NCBI GenBank assembly: GCA_038040385.1
Contig: JBBPII010000004.1
Span: 147,453 to 211,452 of the forward strand
Direction of reading: 5' to 3'
Source: Candidatus Gilichinskyi gelida
GTDB taxonomy: Bacteria > Acidobacteriota > Thermoanaerobaculia > Gp7-AA8
DNA: 64,000 bases
Shown: positions 13,396-23,092 of the stretch, piece after piece
Layout: each line of letters starts with the position of its first letter
How positions within the stretch are numbered: position 1 is the first letter of the stretch
Translations under genes and position numbers: made by a program
The notes under the pieces: model-generated
Seen by the model: the letters and a program-made list of their open reading frames with translations, nothing else
Told to the model about the DNA's origin: nothing
The model's database searches: none

Positions 13396-13971
13396 TCACA
13401 TCACCGCACTGTTGCGATAGATCTCGTCTACGATCAAGTCTGCACTCAGCGACGAAACCTCCACCCGTCCCCCCTTGGTCGCGACCCGAGTAGCCCACAC
13501 ACCGTCCGTCCCGCGCTCGTTGACGATGATCCGCCGCTCGCGGTGCGACCCGATCACATACTCACGAAGGGTTGGGATCGTTCGGTAGTACTCGAGCTTC
13601 GGGCCGGTGTCGTACTCTTCCGACGAGTCACTCGTAACCTCGACGAGAATCATGGGGTTGAGTGCCGTCGCGGTCGGGCTGGGCTCGTGTTGTTGCAACG
13701 GGCCGCGGATCACCGAGCCATCGGGAAACGTCGCCAGCCCAACCGCTTCGACAAGGATGCGCAGGTCCGAGGTGTGGACGCGGCCGGGACGATCGCCAAC
13801 GGCGTTGCCGAGCACACGCACCATCTCTGCCGCAAGCGCGGAATGCTCCTCGGAGCCACCAGCCATCGCGTAGATTTCGCCGTCGAGAAACTCGTACTTG
13901 CTGGTGGAGAGCATCTCAAGCGCCACGTAGTCGGCGTAGGTATAACGATGGAGCCGGCGCGGTTCAACCAT
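13396..13971 (-). CDS. Uma2-family (DUF820) restriction-endonuclease-like protein
   Basis: The N-terminus YTYADYVALEMLSTSKYEFLDGEIYAMAGGSEEHSALA and the later HTSDLRI ... PDGSV pattern match the Uma2 family. Confidence 0.7.
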   Translation of the reverse strand: MVEPRRLHRYTYADYVALEMLSTSKYEFLDGEIYAMAGGSEEHSALAAEMVRVLGNAVGDRPGRVHTSDLRILVEAVGLATFPDGSVIRGPLQQHEPSPTATALNPMILVEVTSDSSEEYDTGPKLEYYRTIPTLREYVIGSHRERRIIVNERGTDGVWATRVATKGGRVEVSSLSADLIVDEIYRNSAVM

Positions 13972-14077
13972 GCGGCGATTCTAGCCCCAGATGAGCGGGA
14001 TGCACGTACGTGTCGTGGAACAATTGGTCGCGGTTCGAGCTGGTGCGGGTGAGGGCGCAGGAGTAGTTGCGCTGCAA

Positions 14078-15526
14078 TCAGCTATGAGTGTTGCCCACCG
14101 TAGCCTCGCGGCCAGGCTGACCATAGATGACGACGAGATTGAGCAGGACGACGATGAACATCAATTCGAAGATGTTGGCAAGCGATGTAATGAACTTCGC
14201 GCGCGCAGAAATCGGCACGATGTCGCCGTAACCCGTGGTGGTGATCGTATAGATCATGAAGTATGCGTAATCGAGGAGCTCGAATGGGCGTCCGCTTTCG
14301 ATCACCACTTCCACGTGGAGCTTGTGGTTGATTCCCTCACGATACTTTGTCGCCACGAACCGGTCGTCGTTCGAGACAGCGCGAAGCCTCCACTCGATAC
14401 GGACATCGGGTTTCAGGATCTTCAGCTCCCGCTGAATGAAAGCCCGCACCTGTTCGATTCGCTCTTCCGATAATGCCAGGTTCTTCTGAGCTCCCTCCTG
14501 GGCCGCCAAACTGTCGCTGGCGTGGCCGACGACGGTGATCCTCCACCACTCCGGCTTCTCCGATCGGATCCTTTCGAGCATGCTCTTCCATTCGATGATG
14601 TCCAGACGCGCGCCTTCGATCACTGCTTCGTCACTGTCCTTGAGCTCGGGACGCTCGCGAAGAAGTATCCGCTGATCGTCCGCGCTGGCCGGCCATTTCG
14701 TGATCAACTCGCCGAGTTGCTGCACCACGTCCATCTTCATATGAGCGCTTCGCTCGGTGAACGGCAGTGTGTACGTGGTCACCTTCGTGAGAATGGGTTT
14801 GGCATCGAGGGCGGGTCCCTCGAGGGCGGATTCCAGACCTCGGCGGTCGTGAAGAGCGAGCGCAAAGGTTAGGTCGTATGCCACATGCGAAAAGAGATAG
14901 AGCGCGCCGCAAATGGCGGCGAAGAAATGCCGCCGAATCGCTTCTTGACGCTTCGGATAGTTAATGGTGAGACGGGCGATGACGAGGATGCCGGTGAGTA
15001 CGACACAGCCGATCGCAATGGCCACAAACGACAGTCCTTCAGCCACAGTCCGGAAGCGATCGCCTCGACAGTAAACGAATGTCAGCAATGCTTTCCATAG
15101 CTCTAGCGCCAAGTACACCGAACCGATATGCCACGGCGGCTTGGAACTCCCAGCCCAAGCGCCGCCGATGATGAGAAGGATCGGTGAAACGAGCAACAGT
15201 AGAGCCGTGTAGGGAGCGCCACCCTCAACATCCTTCATTCCGGCGTACCACGTGGCAGCGGTGACGATGCCGGTGATGATCGCAACGATCCAGCCCCATC
15301 CGAAGATGCGCCGCCATAGCGACTCGTTCGCTGCAGGCGAGACCGCTTGCGGTTCACGCTCTTTCGGCGGTGGCGTCGCTTCGGCATTGGACAACGCTCT
15401 TTCCCTTCGTTGAATGACTGCGGACGTGCGCGGACCCACCCTAGGAGTGACGCATCTGCCGATTTCCCTACCGGTGCCATGATATTTTCCTTCCCCTGCA
15501 GGTAGGGAAACGCGGGGTCTCGCCAC
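14078..15526 (-). CDS. membrane protein: K+-channel pore module with OmpA/MotB-like domain inserted before the pore helix
   Basis: The C-terminal selectivity filter is YTITTTGYGD, followed by an inner helix. There are several N-terminal TM helices. Between them lies LPFTERSAHM ... ITVVGHASDSLAAQEGAQKNLALSEERIEQVRAFI, which resembles the OmpA C-like core (GHTD..N..LS..RA..V). GC is lower (30/60 at 14161-14220). The GTG start at 15526 is uncertain. Confidence 0.7.
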   Translation of the reverse strand: MARPRVSLPAGEGKYHGTGREIGRCVTPRVGPRTSAVIQRRERALSNAEATPPPKEREPQAVSPAANESLWRRIFGWGWIVAIITGIVTAATWYAGMKDVEGGAPYTALLLLVSPILLIIGGAWAGSSKPPWHIGSVYLALELWKALLTFVYCRGDRFRTVAEGLSFVAIAIGCVVLTGILVIARLTINYPKRQEAIRRHFFAAICGALYLFSHVAYDLTFALALHDRRGLESALEGPALDAKPILTKVTTYTLPFTERSAHMKMDVVQQLGELITKWPASADDQRILLRERPELKDSDEAVIEGARLDIIEWKSMLERIRSEKPEWWRITVVGHASDSLAAQEGAQKNLALSEERIEQVRAFIQRELKILKPDVRIEWRLRAVSNDDRFVATKYREGINHKLHVEVVIESGRPFELLDYAYFMIYTITTTGYGDIVPISARAKFITSLANIFELMFIVVLLNLVVIYGQPGREATVGNTHS

Positions 15527-15635
15527 TCCTAGGGAGAGGTTCGCGGCGCGGCTTCGCCAGATCGTCTACGGAGACAATCGATCCCTGGCAGAGTGGGGTT
15601 GGCGTCTTGCGTCGTTCGAACAAGGAGAACTGTTG

Positions 15636-16064
15636 ATGCGCGCTGTCGACGTCGAGAGGCTGGTAACCACGACCAAGGGCGATGTCCTGGCCGCGGCGAG
15701 CACGGGAATCCTTCTCGTGGCGGCCGCCGCGGCACTGATCTTCCCGAAGGCGATCGTGGCGGTCACCGGCAAGGCGGACGCGGCGCGGCTGAACGCACCG
15801 GACGAAATCACGATGGCGGCACACGACGACGACGCTCCGTTTCTCATCTCCCGCGACACGATCGAGATTCGGGTCGGGAAAGCGATCACGCTGCGGCAGC
15901 TTCTCGATCTCTACCGGCTCGAAAAGCCGCACCAGCGCAAGCAGGTCGTCGAGCAGCTCTCCGGCGCAACACTCGACGCGCCGATTCCGCCCGGCACCAC
16001 GCTGCGCATCAAGCTTACCCCGACGACGGCGGATGTCCCGGGCTCGCCGCGGGAGGCAAAATAG
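15636..16064 (+). CDS. small single-pass membrane protein, possible LysM-like C-terminus (operon gene 1)
   Basis: AGGAG lies 8 nt upstream of ATG 15636. The TM segment is ILLVAAAAALIFPKAIVAV. The C-terminal IEIRVGKAITLRQLLDLYRL...PIPPGTTLRIKL is weakly LysM-like. Confidence 0.55.
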   Translation: MRAVDVERLVTTTKGDVLAAASTGILLVAAAAALIFPKAIVAVTGKADAARLNAPDEITMAAHDDDAPFLISRDTIEIRVGKAITLRQLLDLYRLEKPHQRKQVVEQLSGATLDAPIPPGTTLRIKLTPTTADVPGSPREAK

Positions 16065-16068
16065 ACGA

Positions 16069-17103
16069 ATGCGTATTCTCTGCAAGGACTGCTGGATTAC
16101 GCATGACACCACCACGCTGCTGGCGAGCTGCAAACGCTGCGACGCAAACACGCGCATCCCGCGGCTCGATCCGCTGCCCGACCGCGCCGCACCGGCCGTC
16201 CCGGCGGCGGGCCGCCCCGCGGAATTCGTCTGCCGCATTCATCCCACCGAACCGCTCGACCTTTACTGCCCCGAATGCGAGGCGAAGCTTTCTGCGCGCG
16301 CGGAGGTCGGCGATCGAAGCGTCGTGGCCATCATGGGTGACGTCGGCGTCGGCAAGACTTGGCTCCTGCGGGTCTTGAGCCGCCGGTTACGTCCGTCGAA
16401 CGGATCGCCGGTGTCCTTCCGCCGCGCGCTGGGCGACACCGATGAGCAGATCGCGGCGGCGATCGCGGAAACGCGCACCGGCGCCCGCGTCACGCCGGCG
16501 ACCGATGCGGTGGTCCGCAACTACGCCTGGGAGGTAATGATCGACGGTTCGCCGCGATCGTGGGTGGCCGCCGTGCACGACGCGGCCGGAGAGGTTTGGA
16601 ATCGCCTCGAGTCGCTCGATCGCAGCGCGTACGACAAGCTGTATCGCTATCTCGATCTGGTGGGAAGCGTGATCTTTCTGGTCGACGGTGAACGCATCGC
16701 CGAGGCCCTCGACGCCTCGCCCGATGCGCCGTCCGCAGCCTCGGATGCAGCCGTGTCGCGCGAGATCGCAATGATCGACGCATTGGGGCGAAGAACGCGC
16801 GCGCACAGCGGCAATACCGCGCTGGCAATCGTGATCTCCAAGGCCGACGTCTTGTGGAACCGCGACGACTGCGCACCGATGCATCCCGACAGCGGTGCGG
16901 ACCGCGACGCGATCGATGTCGCAACGCGAGCGCTGCTCGGGAAGGCCGGCCGCGCCGCGCTGCTCGCCGCGTGCGCGGAGTCGTTCACACCGGTGCGCTG
17001 CTTTGCGATATCGGCATTCGGAACGGCGGCCGGCTCGCCGTCGATCGACGATGTCAGGCCGGTTCGGATCGAAGAACCGCTGATCGCCTTGTTGCGCGAG
17101 TAG
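16069..17103 (+). CDS. zinc-ribbon + P-loop GTPase (operon gene 2)
   Basis: Start ATG 16069 lies 4 nt after the upstream stop and has a GGGAGG RBS. Two CxxC...CxxC pairs are present (CKDC...CKRC, CRIH...CPEC). GTPase motifs: G1 GDVGVGKT, G3 DAAGE, G4-like SKAD, G5-like ISAFG. Confidence 0.75.
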   Translation: MRILCKDCWITHDTTTLLASCKRCDANTRIPRLDPLPDRAAPAVPAAGRPAEFVCRIHPTEPLDLYCPECEAKLSARAEVGDRSVVAIMGDVGVGKTWLLRVLSRRLRPSNGSPVSFRRALGDTDEQIAAAIAETRTGARVTPATDAVVRNYAWEVMIDGSPRSWVAAVHDAAGEVWNRLESLDRSAYDKLYRYLDLVGSVIFLVDGERIAEALDASPDAPSAASDAAVSREIAMIDALGRRTRAHSGNTALAIVISKADVLWNRDDCAPMHPDSGADRDAIDVATRALLGKAGRAALLAACAESFTPVRCFAISAFGTAAGSPSIDDVRPVRIEEPLIALLRE

Positions 17104-17105
17104 AC

Positions 17106-18845
17106 ATGATGGCCGAGTTACGTGTGTCGCATCGGATCTACACGCACGCGGTGAGCGGCGGCGTCGCACCGGGTGCGGGCTACGCTGATGCTGGAAATCT
17201 CGATCTCGGACCCTCGTCGCTCGATCAATTCATCGAGAGTGTCACGCCGGGGGAAGAGCGATGTTTCGCCATCCGCCGGGTTGCGTACGATGTCGGCTCG
17301 GCGGCGTGCGCGGTTGTGTCGTACGGGTCGCTGGTCACCGACGGCAAAGAACGGGCTGGTGTTCTGACACACGCCCGTCTGGCGTACGTGGCCGACGGAC
17401 GTGCCTATCTCGATGCGCTCGAAATCGTGCAGACCGCGTTCGAATTCGACGTGAGGGACATCCTGGAAGCGCTCCCTGCGGAGCGCGTCGATCGCTATGT
17501 CGAACGGATTCGCAACGAGGACCGCGTGTCGGTCCGGGAATGGTCGCCGGCACCGCTCGATAACATTCCCACGGACTTCGCGATTAGTGTGCTCTCGACC
17601 TGCGTGAGGCAGTGGAATCCGCAGGTCGCCGTCACCGCTCCTCTCGCTTCCGATCACTGCAACGTTCAATCGATCACCGCGGCGTGGAGCGCGCTTCCGC
17701 ATTCGATGCAGATGTCGTGTCCGTGGGCGGTGGGAGCAAACCGAGGATCGCGCGTCCGCATCATCTTCATGCCGGCGCAACGGTTGATCGAGACGCCGCC
17801 GCCTCCCCACCGCGATCTCCTCGCCGACTATCTCGACTGGCTGAAGAACGACCCGGTGGAGGGAAGACGGTTCATCGAAGAAAGCACCGCGAACACCGGA
17901 GAAGACTTTCTCCGCGAGATCCGCGGCGTCATGCGCAGTCCGGCGGTGGCGCCGGCCGAGATATACGCGTCGGCGCCGGACGTCGCCGAGGAGCTCGACA
18001 TGTCGAAAAAGAACCGGTCGTCTGCCGAGAACGCCGCGCCCGCCAACGCGCGCGAGGGCATCGATCCCGAGGTCACCGCCGCCCTCAACCGCCAGATCCG
18101 CGAGGCCGGCAAATCGCTGGAGCGATACGTCGAAGATCGCCTTCAGGCGTCGCTTGGGACGCGCGGGCCGTGGCAGGGAGACCTGGACGGATTCGGCACC
18201 GCCCCGCTGCCTCGACCGGCTTTGTTCGTACCGCCGTGGTTGCTCGGTACCGCGTTCGCGGTGGTTCTCGTGGCTTTGGGATACCTGTTGTGGCGAGTGG
18301 AACGCCTCGGATCCAGTCAAGCGGAGCTGGTAAGGCAAATTGCTGCCGTGCACCCCCCGTCGAGTACCGTCAATCCGAAAAAAACAAACGCTGACGTTTC
18401 CGCGGTGCCGGCCGTGGCGGATCCGGCAGTCTCGCTACAAGGTGCGAGATGGATGGAGAAATTCAGATCACTGACCGAGATACAACCCTTGCTGCTGGCG
18501 CGAGCGCTGGATGCGCTCGCATCCAACAAGTTGGCCGCCTCACCGAATCAGGCCAAGAGGTTGGCGGAGCAATTCGAACAGTATGCCGCGAAGAAGGAAG
18601 ACTACCCTCTACCCGATCCCGACAGGCGCCACAAACTTCGCCGTTTGCTGTTCGAGCACGTCATCACTGTCGAGAACAGTCCGCCACCGCCCATCGTGGT
18701 CGACGGAGATCTGAGCGATCTGAGGATGGCCGACCTGCGCGCGGTGAAGTCGAAGCTGCACCTCACCAATACGAGCGACAAGGTCGACGACGAAGAACTC
18801 CAAGCGGAAGCCGTCATCCGGTACACGTTGAGTCTGAAGCCATGA
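17106..18845 (+). CDS. large GTPase-partner protein A with one TM helix (operon gene 3)
   Basis: ATG 17106 lies 2 nt after the upstream stop. The N-terminal domain is paralogous to that of gene 4. The TM segment is WLLGTAFAVVLVALGYLLW. I recognise no enzyme motif. Confidence 0.65.
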   Translation: MMAELRVSHRIYTHAVSGGVAPGAGYADAGNLDLGPSSLDQFIESVTPGEERCFAIRRVAYDVGSAACAVVSYGSLVTDGKERAGVLTHARLAYVADGRAYLDALEIVQTAFEFDVRDILEALPAERVDRYVERIRNEDRVSVREWSPAPLDNIPTDFAISVLSTCVRQWNPQVAVTAPLASDHCNVQSITAAWSALPHSMQMSCPWAVGANRGSRVRIIFMPAQRLIETPPPPHRDLLADYLDWLKNDPVEGRRFIEESTANTGEDFLREIRGVMRSPAVAPAEIYASAPDVAEELDMSKKNRSSAENAAPANAREGIDPEVTAALNRQIREAGKSLERYVEDRLQASLGTRGPWQGDLDGFGTAPLPRPALFVPPWLLGTAFAVVLVALGYLLWRVERLGSSQAELVRQIAAVHPPSSTVNPKKTNADVSAVPAVADPAVSLQGARWMEKFRSLTEIQPLLLARALDALASNKLAASPNQAKRLAEQFEQYAAKKEDYPLPDPDRRHKLRRLLFEHVITVENSPPPPIVVDGDLSDLRMADLRAVKSKLHLTNTSDKVDDEELQAEAVIRYTLSLKP

Positions 18846-21778
18846 GTCTGCTCATCGACCACGCTCTGGTGACGGATACTGATCATCTGACCGGCGGCGG
18901 AGGCTACGCCGTGGAGGGGGTATCACCGGACGTCACGCCCGTGGAGCGCGCCTTCGTGGCCGACAACTTCGGCATCAGCGGCTATCTGCACGATCCGTCG
19001 AACGCGCGCGACTACTTCAGCTTCTTCCGCATTCCGAACGGCCGCTTGGCGTTCGTCCGCCGCTTCGCCAACGGCACGCGCCGGAACGGCGTTCAGAACC
19101 GGCTCTTCATCCACACGATGTTTCTATACGACGACGCGTTCGCCGCTCTCCACGGGCTGCCATGGCTGTTGGTGGAGTCGACTTTTCGCAACGGGAAGGG
19201 CGCAGAGGAATTCGCGCTGACCAAAGACGTCGAGCCGCTTCTGAAGTTCCTGCCGCTCCAAATCCAGACGCCGCTCACCGTCGCGGCGGCCCATCAACAC
19301 CTCAATGACCGCCTCGCGCAATTCGAGCGGCGCGCCGCAGTGGCCGGCGGCCAGCGGGCCGACGAGGTCATCGCCTCCGCCATGGCGGCGATCGGCGAGG
19401 GAAGACCGGTGGTTCTCCCGCAGGATCGCGACTTCGAGCTGGTTACGCTGCTCGCCTGGTCGATGCTTCCGTTGCGCGACCGCTTTGACCTGGCGTGGAC
19501 ACAGCACGACTCGCGCAACCTCGCCGGCATCACCTTCGACATCGCGAACGCTCCCGAGGGCGAGGCCGCGGACCTCACGTCGCGCAGCGGGACCGACGCC
19601 GCGCAGCGACTCTTCCGCCTCAATCAGGGAACCGCCCGAGACTGGTACGAGCTTCACGACGAAGCGCTGCGGCGCGATCTCACCATCCGCAGGCCGGAGC
19701 TCAGCTATTGGCTGCGGTGGCGGGAGGCGCTCGCGGAAGTGATGTCCGATCCGACAGCCCCCAACGAAGTCCTCCGCCCGCGCCTGGAACGCCTTGCGAG
19801 CACCGTGCGTCTCGACCGCCGCGACCCGTGGGTCGACGAGCTGGCGCTGCTGAAGGTCCTCTGGAGCGGTATTGGCCGGGCCATCGAGAGCGGGGAGTCC
19901 AAATCGTCCGCCGTGAACCGCTGGGTAGGCCTCATGACGGGGAAAATCGGCGACGTCATCTTCCGCAAGCCACCGACGAACGCGTGGCTCGACGAGAGCG
20001 AGCGCCAGATCGGCCGGGACTTGCTGGTCGACGCTTTCCTGCGGGGAACGGAGACGCGCGACTCGGCCGCCGCTACCCGAGAGGCGCTCGCTTCGTGGCT
20101 CATATCGCACGCGGACAGCGGCGCTCCCGTGGAAACGGCCGCCCTCGTGCGGCTCCTGGAGCGGCTGGCGCTCGATCGCTCGTCGCACGTCGAAGATCTC
20201 CTGCGCATCGTCATCCGCCGCAGCGATGGATTCGCGGCGCTCGTCAGCACACTTCCCGCCAGCCGTCCCGAGTTCGCCGACGTCATCCTTCTTTCAGTGC
20301 TCCTCGGCCTCAACGCGCAGCATCGCGACACCGGGAACGCTGTCCGTAAACTCCTGATTCCGCAGCTCCTGAGTGACGCGGCCCTGGCGGAACGCATTCC
20401 GCAGTCGGCAGTGCTGTCGATTGCCACGCTGCTGCGCGACGAGCCGGCCGAGTTCCTCGACTTCGGCCGCCGCTTCGGCCCAGCCACCATCGGCGAGATC
20501 ACCAAGCAGGTCACGGAGTGGTTCAACAAGGATCGAGACCGCACACGAAGCCTTGCTCGCGAGCTGCTCGATCAAGTGGTGCGGCGTGTCTACCCGCAGG
20601 TGCAGTCGGCGGCGCTGGCGCTCGCCGCCGCCGCGGCGGGCGAGCCGTCGCGCTTATGGCTGCCGATCGTTCTGGGGACAGCCACGTCGATCGACGATCA
20701 GCCGGACCATAGCCGGCGCGAGCGGTTTCTCGCTCAGATCGCGCTGATCACGAATCCGAATGTCATCGACTCGGAAGCGGCGAGCCAGATCGTCGACACA
20801 TTCGTGTCCCGCGCGAAGGCCGGCGCGTCGATCGGCCCCTGCATGCGCCAACTGCTTCGATTGTCGAGCCGCACGTGGGCGTCGGACATCGGAAGAGATC
20901 TCGCCGACGTCACCGCGCGTATTCTGAAGAACCCGCGCGAGCCGATCGGCAATTGGGAGTTCGTCCTCACCGAGTTGTTACGGGTCGAAACGAAACGGGA
21001 GCTGAGGCCGGAGGTCGCCGAGGCGTTGACCGTCTACTGGGAACGCGCCGACGAGCGTGCGCTGGCAGGAATCGGCGATCACGTCCTGTCCGCGATCCCT
21101 CGGCTGACCGGCGCGCATCGCGATCGCGTGCTGCGCCGCTGGCTGGGGCGGGTGAGTAATCTTCCGCGCGGCAGTCGGAGCGATGAGTTGATTCGCATCC
21201 TTGGCTCGCTATTGCCGGCGGACCAGCGCTGGCGCCTGACAGTTCCGTTGGCTGAGCGCGATCTGGAGCTGGGGACGGCCACCATCGAGACGTTGGCAAG
21301 ACTCGACGCGGTGCTGCTCGAGCACCGATACGGCCGGGAATCGCCATTGGAAGCCTTCATCGCGCGCATGAGCTCGAACAAGAATGCGGTCGCGCGCGCC
21401 GTGCAACTCATCGGTATCGCCGTGCACCAACACACGTTGCCGTCGACCCGCTCGTTCATCGAGACCGATCTCCTGGACGCCGCGCTCAGCAAGGTCCCCC
21501 ACGAGGGGTGGCCCGAATTGCTGTCGAAAATCGCGACCTTCAACCGTCTTTATGAGGATGAGATGTATTTGCTTCAGGTGATCGCCCGCCGCGCCGGAGC
21601 GGTCGCGCACAAATCGCCCGCTGCCGTCGAGGAATTCCGCAAGCAGTGCCGGCGGCACCATCGGCGAGGCGCGTATGACGCGTTCTGCATCGGGTTGAAG
21701 CCGATCGGCGCGCGAGCGTTGGAAACGGCCGGGCGGCAAATCTCGCGCGTGGCAAAGTGGTGGGCTCACTGGGAATGA
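18842..21778 (+). CDS. large (978 aa) mostly helical GTPase-partner protein B (operon gene 4)
   Basis: ATG 18842 overlaps the upstream stop (ATGA). The N-terminus is GGGGYAVEGVSP...YFSFFRIPNGRLAFVRRFANGTRRNGVQNRLFIHT. The remainder is Leu/Ala/Arg-rich and helical. Confidence 0.65.
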   Translation: MSLLIDHALVTDTDHLTGGGGYAVEGVSPDVTPVERAFVADNFGISGYLHDPSNARDYFSFFRIPNGRLAFVRRFANGTRRNGVQNRLFIHTMFLYDDAFAALHGLPWLLVESTFRNGKGAEEFALTKDVEPLLKFLPLQIQTPLTVAAAHQHLNDRLAQFERRAAVAGGQRADEVIASAMAAIGEGRPVVLPQDRDFELVTLLAWSMLPLRDRFDLAWTQHDSRNLAGITFDIANAPEGEAADLTSRSGTDAAQRLFRLNQGTARDWYELHDEALRRDLTIRRPELSYWLRWREALAEVMSDPTAPNEVLRPRLERLASTVRLDRRDPWVDELALLKVLWSGIGRAIESGESKSSAVNRWVGLMTGKIGDVIFRKPPTNAWLDESERQIGRDLLVDAFLRGTETRDSAAATREALASWLISHADSGAPVETAALVRLLERLALDRSSHVEDLLRIVIRRSDGFAALVSTLPASRPEFADVILLSVLLGLNAQHRDTGNAVRKLLIPQLLSDAALAERIPQSAVLSIATLLRDEPAEFLDFGRRFGPATIGEITKQVTEWFNKDRDRTRSLARELLDQVVRRVYPQVQSAALALAAAAAGEPSRLWLPIVLGTATSIDDQPDHSRRERFLAQIALITNPNVIDSEAASQIVDTFVSRAKAGASIGPCMRQLLRLSSRTWASDIGRDLADVTARILKNPREPIGNWEFVLTELLRVETKRELRPEVAEALTVYWERADERALAGIGDHVLSAIPRLTGAHRDRVLRRWLGRVSNLPRGSRSDELIRILGSLLPADQRWRLTVPLAERDLELGTATIETLARLDAVLLEHRYGRESPLEAFIARMSSNKNAVARAVQLIGIAVHQHTLPSTRSFIETDLLDAALSKVPHEGWPELLSKIATFNRLYEDEMYLLQVIARRAGAVAHKSPAAVEEFRKQCRRHHRRGAYDAFCIGLKPIGARALETAGRQISRVAKWWAHWE

Positions 21779-21787
21779 GGAACAGTC

Positions 21788-23092
21788 ATGGCCGAGCAAT
21801 ACACATGCGGTTCGTGCGGCAAGATCGTGGACGAGAAGCCGTGTCCGCACTGTCAAAGCTCTGCGGCGATGAAGCCCCTCGAGCGGCCTTCCAAACCCGC
21901 CTCGAAGGATGATCCCATCACCGCCGCAATCAATCGTGAGGCGCAGCGGCTGAAACCCCAGCAGGCCGGCGCGCCGAAACCGGAGTCCGCGCCGGCGCCC
22001 AAGGCGGTGGTTCCCACCCGGCCGGCGACGCCGGCACCCGTATCGGCACCGGTGCCAAAGCCGATCCCACGCCCCGAAACGCCGCCGCGTCCGCGGCTCG
22101 TCGACCCGGAACCCGAGCCTCCGCCACGGCCGGCCGAATCACGGAAGCCGGCGGCCGAGCCGGAACCTGACGTCCCGGCGCCACCGCGAGTGCCGACGCC
22201 TCCGCCACGACGAGTGCGGCCCCCCGCCCCGTCGCCGGACGCGGTGAAGGGATTGAGCGGATTCCTCTCGCTGCTGAAGGACGAAGATTTCCGCGCGATC
22301 GTGATCTGCGGCCGTCCGAACTCAGGCAAGTCGGAGATCGTCAGCGGTTTCTCTCGCGCCAACGCCGCGGTCCGCGGCAAATCACAGATCAAGGGACGCA
22401 AGTCTCAGCAGGAGACACTGCTCACAGTTGGTGGAACGGAGCACGGCACGGTTTGGTACGAGATTCCGAATACCGATCGCGATCTCGTATTCCTCGATCC
22501 ATCCGGCGAGTTTTTCAGACGACTCTCGCCGGATGAGCAAGCCAGACTGGGTGTCGACATCACCGAGGCGCACTTCGATTTCGTCCGCGATGCGATGAAG
22601 TTCACCTCCGGAATCCTGTTGGTCGTCGACGTTTCAGAGCCGGACAACACAGACATTCCCGAAGCGCCATGGCGATACCAGGAACGGATGCTGTCCTTCA
22701 CGCTTGCCGCGCTCCGCTGGCTGCGATTCGACAAGAAAGCCGTTCTCCCGGCCTTGGGCGTCGTCGACAACATCGCCGCGCGCGTTCGTAAAGTGCGGCG
22801 CCTCGATGTTCCTGTCCTCGTTCTTCTGTCCAAAGTAGACCGTGTACCGAACTACACGAACGAGTCGCCGCTCGACTTCTCGCGCAAGTGGTTGCCGCAG
22901 CTTCACGCCTCGCTCCTGACGCATACGCGCATTTTCCACATCGACTATTGCCACACCATGATCGGGCCACGCGACGCGGCGCGCGCCGAGGAGCGCCCGT
23001 GCGGCGTACTGCTCTCGCTGGAATGGCTCATGGCCCCGCCGCTGCGGCTGCTGCCCCGCATTCCCAGCCGATGGCTGGAGAGGTGGAAGTGA
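21788..23092 (+). CDS. zinc-ribbon + Pro-rich linker + P-loop GTPase (operon gene 5)
   Basis: The zinc ribbon is CGSCGKIVDEKPCPHC, followed by a Pro/Ala-rich linker of about 110 aa. GTPase motifs: G1 GRPNSGKS, G3 DPSGE, G4-like SKVD. It is a paralog of gene 2. Confidence 0.75.
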   Translation: MAEQYTCGSCGKIVDEKPCPHCQSSAAMKPLERPSKPASKDDPITAAINREAQRLKPQQAGAPKPESAPAPKAVVPTRPATPAPVSAPVPKPIPRPETPPRPRLVDPEPEPPPRPAESRKPAAEPEPDVPAPPRVPTPPPRRVRPPAPSPDAVKGLSGFLSLLKDEDFRAIVICGRPNSGKSEIVSGFSRANAAVRGKSQIKGRKSQQETLLTVGGTEHGTVWYEIPNTDRDLVFLDPSGEFFRRLSPDEQARLGVDITEAHFDFVRDAMKFTSGILLVVDVSEPDNTDIPEAPWRYQERMLSFTLAALRWLRFDKKAVLPALGVVDNIAARVRKVRRLDVPVLVLLSKVDRVPNYTNESPLDFSRKWLPQLHASLLTHTRIFHIDYCHTMIGPRDAARAEERPCGVLLSLEWLMAPPLRLLPRIPSRWLERWK

